DNA of 64,000 nucleotides, from positions 1 through 64,000 of IMG/VR virus record IMGVR_UViG_2974508059_000001, one strand, 5' to 3'. The notes beneath the pieces were generated by a model, which had not been told where the DNA came from, ran no database searches, and saw nothing but the letters and a program-made list of their open reading frames with translations. This DNA comes from a virus. Its lineage: Duplodnaviria > Caudoviricetes. Numbering within the stretch: the stretch's first letter is position 1; every line of letters begins with the position of its first letter. Made by a program: the position numbers and the translations under genes. This document shows, piece by piece, positions 16,210-25,874 of the stretch.

Positions 16210-18021
16210 ATGGTCAAAGAAGTTACTCCTACTCAAACTGCACAGTCTACTACTACTCAGCAGACTACTCAGACTACCCAGTCAGCTCCACTGAACACCG
16301 GCGCAAGCTCGCTGGACTTCGGTTCTCTGGGTGCAGCAGTTACGATGGACCAGGCCTTCGGCTGGCAGTCCGTCTCTTCCATGGCGAATGATTTCGTCAC
16401 CCGTATTGCGAACCACGCCAAAGAAAATCCAAACGCTCGTCTGGACCGTTTCAAAGTTGGCATGGTCGAAGCTATCTCTCAGTCTGACTTTGCCTCCGGT
16501 GCCTACGTTGCGCTGCAGTACAAAGACCAGTGGCTGTACGGCATCATCCTGTTCGAGAAAGGCGACAGCATGCGTGTTGTGGTTAACAACAACGTTGAGT
16601 CGTACTACACCGTTGCCGGTCTGGTAAACAAAGACGTGCTGCGCAGCGTTGAAGCAGCAGCCGGTGAAAAGCATGGCATCGGTAACATGGCCTTCATCTC
16701 CCTGAACGCTGTGCCGGATCTCGGCAAGCAGATGGACGATGCATGGGCACTGCAGCTGATGGGTCAGATGCTGACCGGTATCGCTGGTCGTATCGCCGGT
16801 GCACTGGGCGACGCTAAGCTGTCTAAATCTGACCGCTTTGCCATCAACGTGGCTGGCGTTCCATCTGGTGTTGTGGTTGATACCAATGCGCACCCACAGC
16901 GTGCTGGTTTCGCACTGTCTGTGAACCATCAGCAGCAGACCCAGAACGAAGCAGGCCCAACCCTGCTGAGTAATGGTGGTGACCGTACGCTGCCTAAGAC
17001 CGTTGCAACTGGTTTCGTTAACCTGCGCTACACCGGTCTGAAGCCACAGGTTCAGGGCGTTACTGACCTGAAACAGCTGCAGGGCGAAGTGGTGGTCTCT
17101 CTGGTCGATTCTCAGATGGCCGGTTCTAAAGCACCGTACGAACGTCACCTGCTGGCACTGGCTGCCTTCGCTGACATCGCACAGATCGGTGGATGGCGCA
17201 GTGAGCTGAAGAACTCTCTGAACAACAGCGACCGTAAGTTCTCTGCGGTAGCATCGTACCTGAGCTGGGGCGGTGAGAAAGTTGATGTTAAGAAGTTGGA
17301 CGGCAACCGCGATGCAATCGACATGGCACTGGATACCTTCTGCCCGGCTCAGGCTGCGCTGGTTGTATCACATCGTGCAGGTAACGGTCTGGGTGGTCTG
17401 TCAACTCTGCTGGCAGAAATCGCAGTGGGCAACGTGAACTCTCTGGCACAGCTGCTGAACATCGCAGACGCCATGTTCCCGGGCGACACCAAGTTCCGTA
17501 ACATCCTGGCTACCAATCTCGGCGGCGTGACTGAAATCAAAACCAGCCACATCGTTGCAGCTGCAGTACCGACTATCGCTGGCCTGTACGTAGGTACCGG
17601 TGAGAAGCGTTCTGCTGCTGATATGGATCTGGTATCTGTGCTGACCCACCTCGGCGACAAACAGTCTGATGCGTACCGCTACATGCATGCGCAGTCATTC
17701 TCTAACCGTCAGATGGATCAGAAAGAACAGCGTATCTACCTGCTGAAACTGGCAGCGTCCATGTACGGCGGTCGTGAGTTCCGTCCTACTGGCGAATCAC
17801 TGGATATGGCTATCCATCCGGTGTTCGCTAAGACTGTACTGGATTGCGTACGCGGTTCTGTATCTGCATGGCAGCTGAACGGTGTCGAAGCGCACGACGC
17901 GATGACCAACAGCCTGTTCACCAACAACGGCAACGAAACCTTCGTTCTGTCTGGCGGCGGCAGCAATGGTTCATTCAACAACTTCGACCTGAGCCTGACT
18001 ACCAACTCCTTCACCCTGTAA
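16210..18021 (+). CDS. chmA: Chimallin, major phage nuclear shell protein (phiKZ gp54-like)
   Basis: 603 aa, disordered T/Q N-terminus, strong codon bias, TAAGGA RBS, two early promoters, immediately upstream of nvRNAP beta' gene. Confidence 0.82.
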   Translation: MVKEVTPTQTAQSTTTQQTTQTTQSAPLNTGASSLDFGSLGAAVTMDQAFGWQSVSSMANDFVTRIANHAKENPNARLDRFKVGMVEAISQSDFASGAYVALQYKDQWLYGIILFEKGDSMRVVVNNNVESYYTVAGLVNKDVLRSVEAAAGEKHGIGNMAFISLNAVPDLGKQMDDAWALQLMGQMLTGIAGRIAGALGDAKLSKSDRFAINVAGVPSGVVVDTNAHPQRAGFALSVNHQQQTQNEAGPTLLSNGGDRTLPKTVATGFVNLRYTGLKPQVQGVTDLKQLQGEVVVSLVDSQMAGSKAPYERHLLALAAFADIAQIGGWRSELKNSLNNSDRKFSAVASYLSWGGEKVDVKKLDGNRDAIDMALDTFCPAQAALVVSHRAGNGLGGLSTLLAEIAVGNVNSLAQLLNIADAMFPGDTKFRNILATNLGGVTEIKTSHIVAAAVPTIAGLYVGTGEKRSAADMDLVSVLTHLGDKQSDAYRYMHAQSFSNRQMDQKEQRIYLLKLAASMYGGREFRPTGESLDMAIHPVFAKTVLDCVRGSVSAWQLNGVEAHDAMTNSLFTNNGNETFVLSGGGSNGSFNNFDLSLTTNSFTL

Positions 18022-18050
18022 GGTGCTGTGTAGTTAAACTGTAAGAAAAA

Positions 18051-18078
18051 AAAAGCAGGGGTTAACGCCCCTGCTTTT
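18051..18078 (+). terminator. Intrinsic terminator
   Basis: AAAAGCAGGGG-TTAACG-CCCCTGCTTTT. Confidence 0.8.
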
Positions 18079-18105
18079 CCCTCTTTTTTTGTTAGTGAGG
18101 AATCT

Positions 18106-19695
18106 GTGCATAAAACCCCTAAGTTCTACGGCATCTCGGGCCGACTAGAATGCCAAGATAATTATCTGAAGGATTTGTTCATCGAGGCCGCTGCGAAGAA
18201 CATTAAACCTCCGACAGTTATCAATGATGTGGCACGTTCTGGTGACCCGATTAAAGTCGCTGAAGAAATTGACTTGTTGGTGCAAAACCGCATACGCGAT
18301 GAGCAGCTCAACAGTGCACCGATTTGCAGCATCACCTGTGAGCGTCCGATTGCCCATCGTTATAACTTGGGTGTTGTCTGTCCAACCTGCGGGTACGCTG
18401 TAACCGAACACCGCATTGAGTCCGAAGTCTGGATTCGTGCCCCAGAAGAGATGGAGTTCTTTGTCAGTCCCCGCTTCTGGGCAATGTTCAACGCCTTCTT
18501 CGGCGGTAAGATGAAGAAGTTTGACCGTAACAAAGTCACTGTGCAGCGTGGCTCGGATTTGATGATGTGGATGCTCGACCCGTATTACCGTCCAGAAGAT
18601 TCAGATTCGAAACGTATGCAGGTGGTGAAGCGGATCTTATTGGAACGCGGCTTTGAGCGTGGGATCAGAAACTTCGTTGACCGTCACCAGTCCGTATTTG
18701 CTGTTCTGACGGACCCAGAAGTCTGGAAGGAGATTTATCCGAGCAACCGTAATACGTCGGGTGCCAGTGAGATACTCCGCCAGCAATGGAAGACGTTCTT
18801 TGAATCCCAAGCACACGGCATGTTCACCCGCCATCTCCCGATTATCTCACCAAAGCTGATTGTGTCGGAAGAAGGGCGTCGTGGAATAATGATTGACCCG
18901 GTCTTTACCGGTGCAATTGATGCGGTGAAGAACATCAGCTTACTGTATACCCGCGGTAAGATGATTGAACCTCGCTTCTTAATCAGCCGTGCGATCAAAG
19001 CCAACCAACAGCTGGCGTATTTCCACATGGACTTCCGTCGTGAAGTGCTGGAACAGAAACCCGGTTATTATCGTGGTAAGGTCAGTGCAACACATATCCC
19101 GTTCTCGGGTCGTGCGACTATCTCACCTATCTCTGAACCGCATGATGCATGGAAGCTTAAAGCGCCGTGGCGTTGGATGGTTGGGTTGATGTCGGTTGAC
19201 ATCGAAAACAAACTGATGCGTCGTGGGTATTCACCACGGGAATGTGAACGCGTCATTGCAATGGCCTGCATGCAGTTTATGCCGGAAGTCAAAGAGATTC
19301 TCGATGAGTTGATTCGTGAGTCACCGGGTGGCATTGGTATTCCTGTTGTGCCTCTGCGTAACCCAACGCTTGTGCAGTTGTCAGTGCAGTTGCTGTACAT
19401 TGATGAAGTTGTAACTGATGTGAACCAGTGTTCTATCCGAATCTCCGACCGCGTTATCAAATGTGCGAACGGCGACTTCGATGGTGACCAGTTCATGGTG
19501 TACCGTCCAGTTGACAAACTCGAGATGGATCTTGCCGAAGCGTATCGTCCTGATAACGGCTTCATGTCTTCGACCAATGTGGATAAGGTAGAAGGTGGCA
19601 TGATTTTACATAACGAGCTCATCAGTATGCAGAACCAGTTCCTCATTGAAGCGGATGAGGATGACGAAGTCGGTGTGGCTTTAGAAGATCTTTAG
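18106..19695 (+). CDS. Non-virion RNA polymerase beta' N-terminal subunit (phiKZ gp55-like)
   Basis: Catalytic NGDFDGD, RATISP, LRNPTL, N-terminal Cys zinc site. Confidence 0.92.
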   Translation: MHKTPKFYGISGRLECQDNYLKDLFIEAAAKNIKPPTVINDVARSGDPIKVAEEIDLLVQNRIRDEQLNSAPICSITCERPIAHRYNLGVVCPTCGYAVTEHRIESEVWIRAPEEMEFFVSPRFWAMFNAFFGGKMKKFDRNKVTVQRGSDLMMWMLDPYYRPEDSDSKRMQVVKRILLERGFERGIRNFVDRHQSVFAVLTDPEVWKEIYPSNRNTSGASEILRQQWKTFFESQAHGMFTRHLPIISPKLIVSEEGRRGIMIDPVFTGAIDAVKNISLLYTRGKMIEPRFLISRAIKANQQLAYFHMDFRREVLEQKPGYYRGKVSATHIPFSGRATISPISEPHDAWKLKAPWRWMVGLMSVDIENKLMRRGYSPRECERVIAMACMQFMPEVKEILDELIRESPGGIGIPVVPLRNPTLVQLSVQLLYIDEVVTDVNQCSIRISDRVIKCANGDFDGDQFMVYRPVDKLEMDLAEAYRPDNGFMSSTNVDKVEGGMILHNELISMQNQFLIEADEDDEVGVALEDL

Positions 19696-19722
19696 TAACA
19701 ACTGTAAGGAGTAACCAACGAA

Positions 19723-20313
19723 ATGGGCATGTGGAATCAGGCACTGAGCCCGTGGCATCAGCAAACCGAGGGCGGAGGGTTCTTTGATATCATCAAGGAC
19801 ACTTTCGACTTAAGTAAGTTATCCCCGGGGCTGTTGGAACGAGTGACAGAGCACGATAACGAATTAGTCTCACTGGACACATTCCGTAAGACGAACGCTG
19901 CGGCGCGTAAAGTGCTGTACGATGGTCTGGACGATGTCATCCGGATTCTGGACAACTTGGGCGAGTTCCAGTTTGCACCAGAGTCTGTGCAGGGGTATCT
20001 GGTTGCAATGCCAGAGTACCGCAACCTGTATAACCAGAACATGGCGGCTGGCTTTGAGAATGGATTTGCGAAAGTAGACCCGTACCGTGGTAATGCGTAT
20101 ATGCACACGGATACCAACTACCGAGAAATCACCAGTGACCTCCAGACCGAATACGATGAAGACCGTATTTGGCACTGGGCAGGTGACGAAGCGCGCACCA
20201 AACGACCCACGATGGTTGAGAAGCATATCGTGGTCAACATGAACTGGGCGAAGATGCGTGACATGGATTGGGAAGATGATGACCCACTGTCACAACTTGG
20301 CGCGTCCTGCTAA
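19723..20313 (+). CDS. Conserved core protein (phiKZ gp59/Imp3 position)
   Basis: AAGGAG RBS; identity from synteny only. Confidence 0.6.
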   Translation: MGMWNQALSPWHQQTEGGGFFDIIKDTFDLSKLSPGLLERVTEHDNELVSLDTFRKTNAAARKVLYDGLDDVIRILDNLGEFQFAPESVQGYLVAMPEYRNLYNQNMAAGFENGFAKVDPYRGNAYMHTDTNYREITSDLQTEYDEDRIWHWAGDEARTKRPTMVEKHIVVNMNWAKMRDMDWEDDDPLSQLGASC

Positions 20314-20319
20314 ATAAAG

Positions 20320-20346
20320 AGAGGGGTTGGTCGCCCCTCTTTTTTT
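20320..20346 (+). terminator. Intrinsic terminator
   Basis: AGAGGGG-TTGGTCG-CCCCTCT plus T run. Confidence 0.75.
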
Positions 20347-20359
20347 GCTGGAGTTTGAA

Positions 20360-20734
20360 ATGGGAAAAGCAGTTGGCACCCTATCAGTCCGCGGCTGGGC
20401 GAAAACACCTGAAGACATGATTCGTGAGCTGATGAATCATTATACTGAAGCAGGTGCAAGTCAATCGGTTATCTACCGCGGCAAAATTAAGTCGCTGGCC
20501 TACACCAAAGCAATGCTGGCACAAAGCCCAGATGCGATGGCAGAACAGGTCAAGCAAGATTTGACGGATTTGTACGGCGTGTACTTCGACAGTGTCGAGT
20601 GTAACGTGGATGTCACGTACGAAACCGATTCCGATGTTCGGTTCAATCTCAACATTCAGTTAAGCGTGGTCTATAACGGTGTGCGTATGGATGCGGTGAA
20701 CTACGTTGAGACTGTTGATGGAGAAAGTGCATGA
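20360..20734 (+). CDS. Putative gp25-like baseplate/sheath initiator protein
   Basis: GGAG RBS; helix then three beta-strands pattern (..VKQDLTDLY..VECNVDV..FNLNIQLSV); inference. Confidence 0.5.
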   Translation: MGKAVGTLSVRGWAKTPEDMIRELMNHYTEAGASQSVIYRGKIKSLAYTKAMLAQSPDAMAEQVKQDLTDLYGVYFDSVECNVDVTYETDSDVRFNLNIQLSVVYNGVRMDAVNYVETVDGESA

Positions 20735-21390
20735 GTCACGAATACGATGCAATAAAAGATAAGCTGACCGCCGAAGGTCGCTTTCACGTTGAACGCCTGT
20801 TAGAGATGGAGGAAGAAATGGCACCTGCAATCAGTGGGGCAAGCCGTTTCCCTGAATCCCACTTCCGTCGTCAGGGCTTACCCCTGCTGGCGATGATGTT
20901 GGACGACACCTTCGATCCGCAGTTGTGGGCGCAATACGTGGGCTCGATGTTTGTGCCGTTGGAAGTGGTATCTGACAACGACTACGACGACGTGCTGTTT
21001 ACGTTCCCCCCTGTGCTCTATACCGGGCCGTCACTGCGTCAGGTTGAAGGGCAGGCGTCACTCTCTGAAGAGTCGAACGAAATCTACAACCAAACCCTGA
21101 TCATGTCGAGCACCGGTCACAGCATGATGGCGAGTCTTATCAAAGACACGCTGGGCGGGATTGAAGATTTGTCGTTCCGTGAAAACACGGTACGGGCCTA
21201 CAACACCATCAAGACACTGAACTTCGTGTTCGAGCGCTACGGCTTAACTGGCCGTGTTCCGATGCCGGAAGGATTGGAAGAAACAGCACTGCGCATTGCC
21301 GGTAAAGCAACACCGACAAAAGCAGCAGCCGCAGGCACAAGCGCAGGATCAGAAGGTGGGTATCATGGTGGTGGCGGAGAAGATCTTTAG
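20731..21390 (+). CDS. Conserved hypothetical core protein (219 aa)
   Basis: GGAG RBS, ATGA overlap. Confidence 0.8.
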   Translation: MSHEYDAIKDKLTAEGRFHVERLLEMEEEMAPAISGASRFPESHFRRQGLPLLAMMLDDTFDPQLWAQYVGSMFVPLEVVSDNDYDDVLFTFPPVLYTGPSLRQVEGQASLSEESNEIYNQTLIMSSTGHSMMASLIKDTLGGIEDLSFRENTVRAYNTIKTLNFVFERYGLTGRVPMPEGLEETALRIAGKATPTKAAAAGTSAGSEGGYHGGGGEDL

Positions 21391-22531
21391 TTTTCGGCCA
21401 ATTGCAAAGGCAGCCAGCCTGACGCGTATGTTGGTTTTCAGTGATGTGCATCTATTGCATCGCCGGGTACCGACGTGGCACATGGTGACTTACCTGCGCG
21501 ATATGATTGAAGCCTGTGGTAACACAGTTGACGCCATTTATATAGCAGGGGATCTATTTGACGATTCCCGCTATCTGCGCCAATCTGATTCGCAAGAGTC
21601 CGTTGGCTTTGTGACTTGGCTGTTGTGGTGGTGCAAGTCTACCAACACCGCCCTGCGTATCCTTGAAGGCACACCTTCTCATGACCACGGTCAATCGAAA
21701 ATTGTCGAAACTCTAAACCTCGCGATAGGGGCAGAGTGTCTTTATTTAGACAAAATCGGCATCTTTTACGATGAGGTGATTAACGCCACGGTTGGTTGGG
21801 TGCAAGACGAGTACAAGGCCAATGGTGCAGATAGTATAAATGCGGTTGCTACGGAACAAGAGATGGCCGAACTCATGGCCACCCGGTGTTTGGATAAGGT
21901 TGATTTCTTCTTCATGCACGGTTGTTTCAAGTTTCAACTTCCCATGATTGACTCACCAAGAAGTTTTGATGAGGCTTTCTGGCTGTCCCGTACCCGACAT
22001 GGTATCTATATCGGCCATGACCATCGGCGTAAGACGTTGGATAAAATCACCGTTACCGGTTCTACGGACCGATTAACTGTGGGGGAAGAAGAACCCAAAG
22101 GCATGACCATCGTGGACTTTAATGACACGTTGAGTCGCAACTGGTTCTACGAGAATCCGTACGCATGTCCGCAACGCAAGGTGCGGCATAACGATGACCA
22201 AGACGCGCACTACGAGGCGTGTATTGAAGCATTGCGGTTTATCGATGAACACCCAGCGTCACAAATCGGTTGGCTTGAGATTGAATATCAGGCCGGCTCT
22301 CCGATAGCGGGGCATATCGCCCGCTGGAAGAAGCAATACTCCTTTCACATCGAGGGGAGCAAGGTTGCAACTGCCGAAGAGAAAGAGTTGCTCACGCAGG
22401 CCTTTTCAAACGAGGCAAGTGTGGTCGAAGCGATTACGCCCGAGAATACCGAGCGTATCTTGTTGGAAGAGATGGCTGGGATGAAATACAACCCTACTAT
22501 CGTTTCTGAGATTATCAGGAAGGTCTTATGA
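21365..22531 (+). CDS. SbcD/Mre11-like metallophosphoesterase nuclease
   Basis: Motifs SDVH, GDLFD, GTPSHD, MHG, GHDH. Confidence 0.88.
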   Translation: MVVAEKIFSFRPIAKAASLTRMLVFSDVHLLHRRVPTWHMVTYLRDMIEACGNTVDAIYIAGDLFDDSRYLRQSDSQESVGFVTWLLWWCKSTNTALRILEGTPSHDHGQSKIVETLNLAIGAECLYLDKIGIFYDEVINATVGWVQDEYKANGADSINAVATEQEMAELMATRCLDKVDFFFMHGCFKFQLPMIDSPRSFDEAFWLSRTRHGIYIGHDHRRKTLDKITVTGSTDRLTVGEEEPKGMTIVDFNDTLSRNWFYENPYACPQRKVRHNDDQDAHYEACIEALRFIDEHPASQIGWLEIEYQAGSPIAGHIARWKKQYSFHIEGSKVATAEEKELLTQAFSNEASVVEAITPENTERILLEEMAGMKYNPTIVSEIIRKVL

Positions 22532-23346
22532 CACCCATTAGCACTGACCGTGTTTTTGGGCATTATCCTGTCTCTATCGCCAGTTCGCTGGCGATCGAAG
22601 GTTTAACACACACTGGTGAATTTGCCAGTTGGGGGCCGAAGCCTCCGATTCATGACTATCAGGTATTGTACCTGAACCTCCGGACTCTGTTCCGTAACGC
22701 TTTCTACGCGTTTGAAGATAATCGTGAAAGATTGACACCCGACGTTATACTGACATCGATTGAAGAAGATATTAAAAATATTCTGGCTGCGGCATCGTCC
22801 GCGGCCCCTTCGATGTTATGTGTCCCGTACCTGTGTCAGTACAATTCAGTGAACAAAACGTTCCCTGAAGCGGCGTTTCGCAATGCGAATACCCCGTCAC
22901 AGATTTTCTACAATTCGCTGGAGCAAGACGTTTACAAACAGGTCGTGGGGCAACAGTTGTGGGGTGTTGAATTGTTCGACTGTGCGCCGAAGGGCGAACA
23001 TGACACGGTACTGCTCACCCATATGCCGTCGGACTTATTAGCCCGATCGGAGTTCCCGAAACTCGCCCTGATTGAATCCCATACAGGCAAACTGAAAACC
23101 CATCTGGAATGGTACACCAAGGTAAACGGCAAGTCCGCTCAGATTCCGTTTAACAAGGCATTCCTGACGTTGTTCGGTGACGGGGTAATGTTCCATCCGC
23201 TTGACAGGAAGGTTCGTAGTGTGGTGACAAAGACAGCGGAGAAATACCACTGGACTCAAACCACGACCATGGACCGCATTAACAATTGCCTGAGACTGGT
23301 GAACGAGCCGCACGTGGTGGATTACCTGCGCAAACTCGCTCGCTAG
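22528..23346 (+). CDS. Conserved core protein, possible PIN/5'-3' exonuclease-like fold (phiKZ gp66 position)
   Basis: LYLNLRTLFRN and VLLTHMPSDLL resemble FEN/T4 RNase H strands; synteny. Confidence 0.55.
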   Translation: MTPISTDRVFGHYPVSIASSLAIEGLTHTGEFASWGPKPPIHDYQVLYLNLRTLFRNAFYAFEDNRERLTPDVILTSIEEDIKNILAAASSAAPSMLCVPYLCQYNSVNKTFPEAAFRNANTPSQIFYNSLEQDVYKQVVGQQLWGVELFDCAPKGEHDTVLLTHMPSDLLARSEFPKLALIESHTGKLKTHLEWYTKVNGKSAQIPFNKAFLTLFGDGVMFHPLDRKVRSVVTKTAEKYHWTQTTTMDRINNCLRLVNEPHVVDYLRKLAR

Positions 23347-23409
23347 TTTTTTACATTACCGGGTCTTAATTTGAAGGTAAGACCTAGAGTATTTACGAAG
23401 GATAAAATA

Positions 23410-24114
23410 ATGAACGCACAAATCTTTAACGAACGCACGCTCTTTCCCCTGTCAGAGCCGGATAATCAGGGCAAGCAACGCAAGTTTAACATTGAGCCGA
23501 ACGTCTTCAATGGTGACTGTGAAGGCTTGAAGTTTTCTTACAGCTGGGGCAAAGGCGAAGGCGTGTACTTCGATGCGCCGTATGGCACCTGCCGTCAGAT
23601 TATCGAAGCGTTCCATGACGCACTGAAAAAGCCTGAGAAGTCTACCCTCTCGTTTGAGAACGGTCGTGGTAACAAAGCCCCGAGCGTTGTGCACGTGGGT
23701 CGTGGTGAAGATCTGGTTCCGTTTATGGCACTGTCCGGTGAAGTCAACGGCCAGAAGCGCACCAAGAAGTTCTTCTTCTACCCAGCGAAAGGTTTCCGTA
23801 TCCTGCGTGACGGTCAGCCACTGAGCGATCTGGAAATCCGTGAGCGTTGTGCCCGTTCATTCATCACTGATTTTGAACTGTTCCTGCAACACCTGATTGA
23901 AGTCTATAAACCGCGTGATTTCAATAACGCCGGTGGCTTCGGTAAAGGTGGTGGCGGTGGTTATCAGCGTGGCGGTCAGTCACAGGGTAACGGCAATCAG
24001 GGCGGCGGCTACCAGAACAACCAAGGTGGTGGCCAGCAAGGCGGTTATCAGAACAACAATAACAACAATCGTCAGGCACCGCCTGACCAGTCGTTTGACG
24101 ACATTATGCTTTAA
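23410..24114 (+). CDS. chmC: ChmC-like nucleic-acid-binding protein with G/N/Q-rich disordered tail (phiKZ gp67 position)
   Basis: Folded N-domain plus GGYQ/NNN low-complexity tail; directly upstream of gp68-like gene. Confidence 0.7.
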   Translation: MNAQIFNERTLFPLSEPDNQGKQRKFNIEPNVFNGDCEGLKFSYSWGKGEGVYFDAPYGTCRQIIEAFHDALKKPEKSTLSFENGRGNKAPSVVHVGRGEDLVPFMALSGEVNGQKRTKKFFFYPAKGFRILRDGQPLSDLEIRERCARSFITDFELFLQHLIEVYKPRDFNNAGGFGKGGGGGYQRGGQSQGNGNQGGGYQNNQGGGQQGGYQNNNNNNRQAPPDQSFDDIML

Positions 24115-24123
24115 TAAAGCGAT

Positions 24124-24150
24124 GGGTGTGACCTACGGGTCACACCCCTT
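24124..24150 (+). terminator. Hairpin/terminator
   Basis: GGGTGTGACC-TACG-GGTCACACCC. Confidence 0.7.
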
Positions 24151-24199
24151 TAGCAGTTATGTGTACTGCTAGCATTTAGACCCACTCGATAAGATCTGA

Positions 24200-24219
24200 A
24201 ATAGATATTATCATCGTGA
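24200..24219 (+). promoter_or_regulatory. Early promoter motif
   Basis: AATAGATATTATCATCGTGA. Confidence 0.7.
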
Positions 24220-24246
24220 ACAATCAACTGGTATCGGAGTTTTCGC

Positions 24247-25860
24247 ATGAAAATCAAAAAGGTCAAAGACGAGATTACGATTTCGCGTAATGGTCAGACC
24301 CTCACGTTCGACGGCCTGCCCGCCATTAACCGCAAGCGTAATACGATCCAGACCGATTTGAGTCGCGATGATTTATTGTTCCTCGAACTCGAACGTTACT
24401 GGAGTACGCTGCCGGCAAAAAGTCTCGATGAGCTGTGGGAAGCTTACGAGATGGTTCAGGACTTAACTGCGGTCGATTCTTCTGTATTAGAAGAGCATCT
24501 GCCAAAGGTCATCCGTGTGATTGACCGCTTGCACCCGCCTGAGGTGTTCAAGCAGTTGTACCCCATGAATAAGGTGTGGATTCCTGAGAAGCTCCAAGAG
24601 AACTTTGACGGCCTCCCGCCAAACTACCCGGAGGCGATGACCTATATCCGTCCGGAGTATTACGAACTGCTGATTGAGACCTTGGCCATCAAACCGTTCC
24701 TGCCGGTGTTTAACCTGCTGGGTGCGTATATCGGCGGTAAAGGCCTCTCTCAGGACACCAAGCGTAAAGTGGTGCTGAGTATGGTTCGTTGCTTCAGCGT
24801 CATCTCTGACACCGCTGTGGCGCGCTCTCCGGCCATTGATAAGCTGCGGGTGTTCCTGAACTGTCTGGTTGAGAAGTTCCAGCGGGAATCGAACAAAGGG
24901 ATGGGCGGTACCAGCCTGTCGGTACTGGCGTCGGTTCGGGGTTACGGGTCGGATATGTTAGAAGAGTATCTTCTGGCGTACACCGTGGTCTACGTACTGG
25001 GGCTGCATCCAGTGGGGGCAGACTTCGCCACCGCGGATCTCAACGACAACAACACCATCTCGCAAATCTTCTACGCGATTCGCAGTGAAGTAGACGGTGG
25101 CTTTGCCTCTAAGATTTCTGGACAGTCGGTTATCTTAAAGCAGCACCCAAGCAACACGGTGTTTAATGGTGAGAAGGGTAAGACGAACGCCATTGACTTG
25201 GTGCAGGCACGTAGCCCCGCACCGGTGAAGGAGTTTGTCCGAACGGCGGTTGGGTTCAAAGATTACCGGCGCTTTATCAAGACATTGAACATCGACATCG
25301 CACCGGCTACGGTGAAGACGTTGATTGATTCGATTCTGGTGAACCACACCGGACCTATCTACGAACTGCACGAGTGGTTAGTGGCAGCAGCCCTGCATTC
25401 GAAAGCACATCGTCAGACGTACAAAGATATCGAAGTCGAATTCAAATACGGCATGGGTATCGCACAAGCCGTGTATCTACATTACGGCATGTACGAAGTG
25501 GCGGCCTTGCTTAGCTGTCAGATGTTACCGGGCAATGTCTCGGGTCATCCCATCTACGCAATCGAGCCTGACATCAAAATTAAGATGGATAGATATTATC
25601 CTCATGACTATCGCACAGTTAAAGGCGGTGGCAGCAATGAAAGTCCGGCACGTGAATCGTTGCGTCTTCTGTTAGACCAGCATATCGCGCCGTACTATTT
25701 CAACTTCAACTGTACCGAAGAGGCCAGGGTACATTTGAAAAGCGACTCCACGACGGTGGAACGCATGCGGCTGGGTGGACGCATCCAAACGCAACTGGCC
25801 GAATTCTTGACCATCCAAGCCCGACGTAAGCTGGATGAAGTCGCATTCTTTGTATCGTAA
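24247..25860 (+). CDS. nvRNAP promoter-specificity (sigma-like) subunit (phiKZ gp68-like)
   Basis: 537 aa helical protein; position in the nvRNAP block. Confidence 0.72.
   Translation: MKIKKVKDEITISRNGQTLTFDGLPAINRKRNTIQTDLSRDDLLFLELERYWSTLPAKSLDELWEAYEMVQDLTAVDSSVLEEHLPKVIRVIDRLHPPEVFKQLYPMNKVWIPEKLQENFDGLPPNYPEAMTYIRPEYYELLIETLAIKPFLPVFNLLGAYIGGKGLSQDTKRKVVLSMVRCFSVISDTAVARSPAIDKLRVFLNCLVEKFQRESNKGMGGTSLSVLASVRGYGSDMLEEYLLAYTVVYVLGLHPVGADFATADLNDNNTISQIFYAIRSEVDGGFASKISGQSVILKQHPSNTVFNGEKGKTNAIDLVQARSPAPVKEFVRTAVGFKDYRRFIKTLNIDIAPATVKTLIDSILVNHTGPIYELHEWLVAAALHSKAHRQTYKDIEVEFKYGMGIAQAVYLHYGMYEVAALLSCQMLPGNVSGHPIYAIEPDIKIKMDRYYPHDYRTVKGGGSNESPARESLRLLLDQHIAPYYFNFNCTEEARVHLKSDSTTVERMRLGGRIQTQLAEFLTIQARRKLDEVAFFVS
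25588..25607 (+). promoter_or_regulatory. Intragenic early promoter motif upstream of picA
   Basis: GATAGATATTATCCTCATGA, 20/20 identical to the intergenic copy at 29291. Confidence 0.65.
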
Positions 25861-25874
25861 GGAGTAATTAATAA

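Noticed and set aside
16240-16282. CAGACTACT-type short DNA repeats
   Set aside because: They simply encode the T/Q-rich chimallin N-terminus
16282-17148. 288-aa antisense ORF inside chimallin
   Set aside because: Expected shadow of strong codon bias; no RBS
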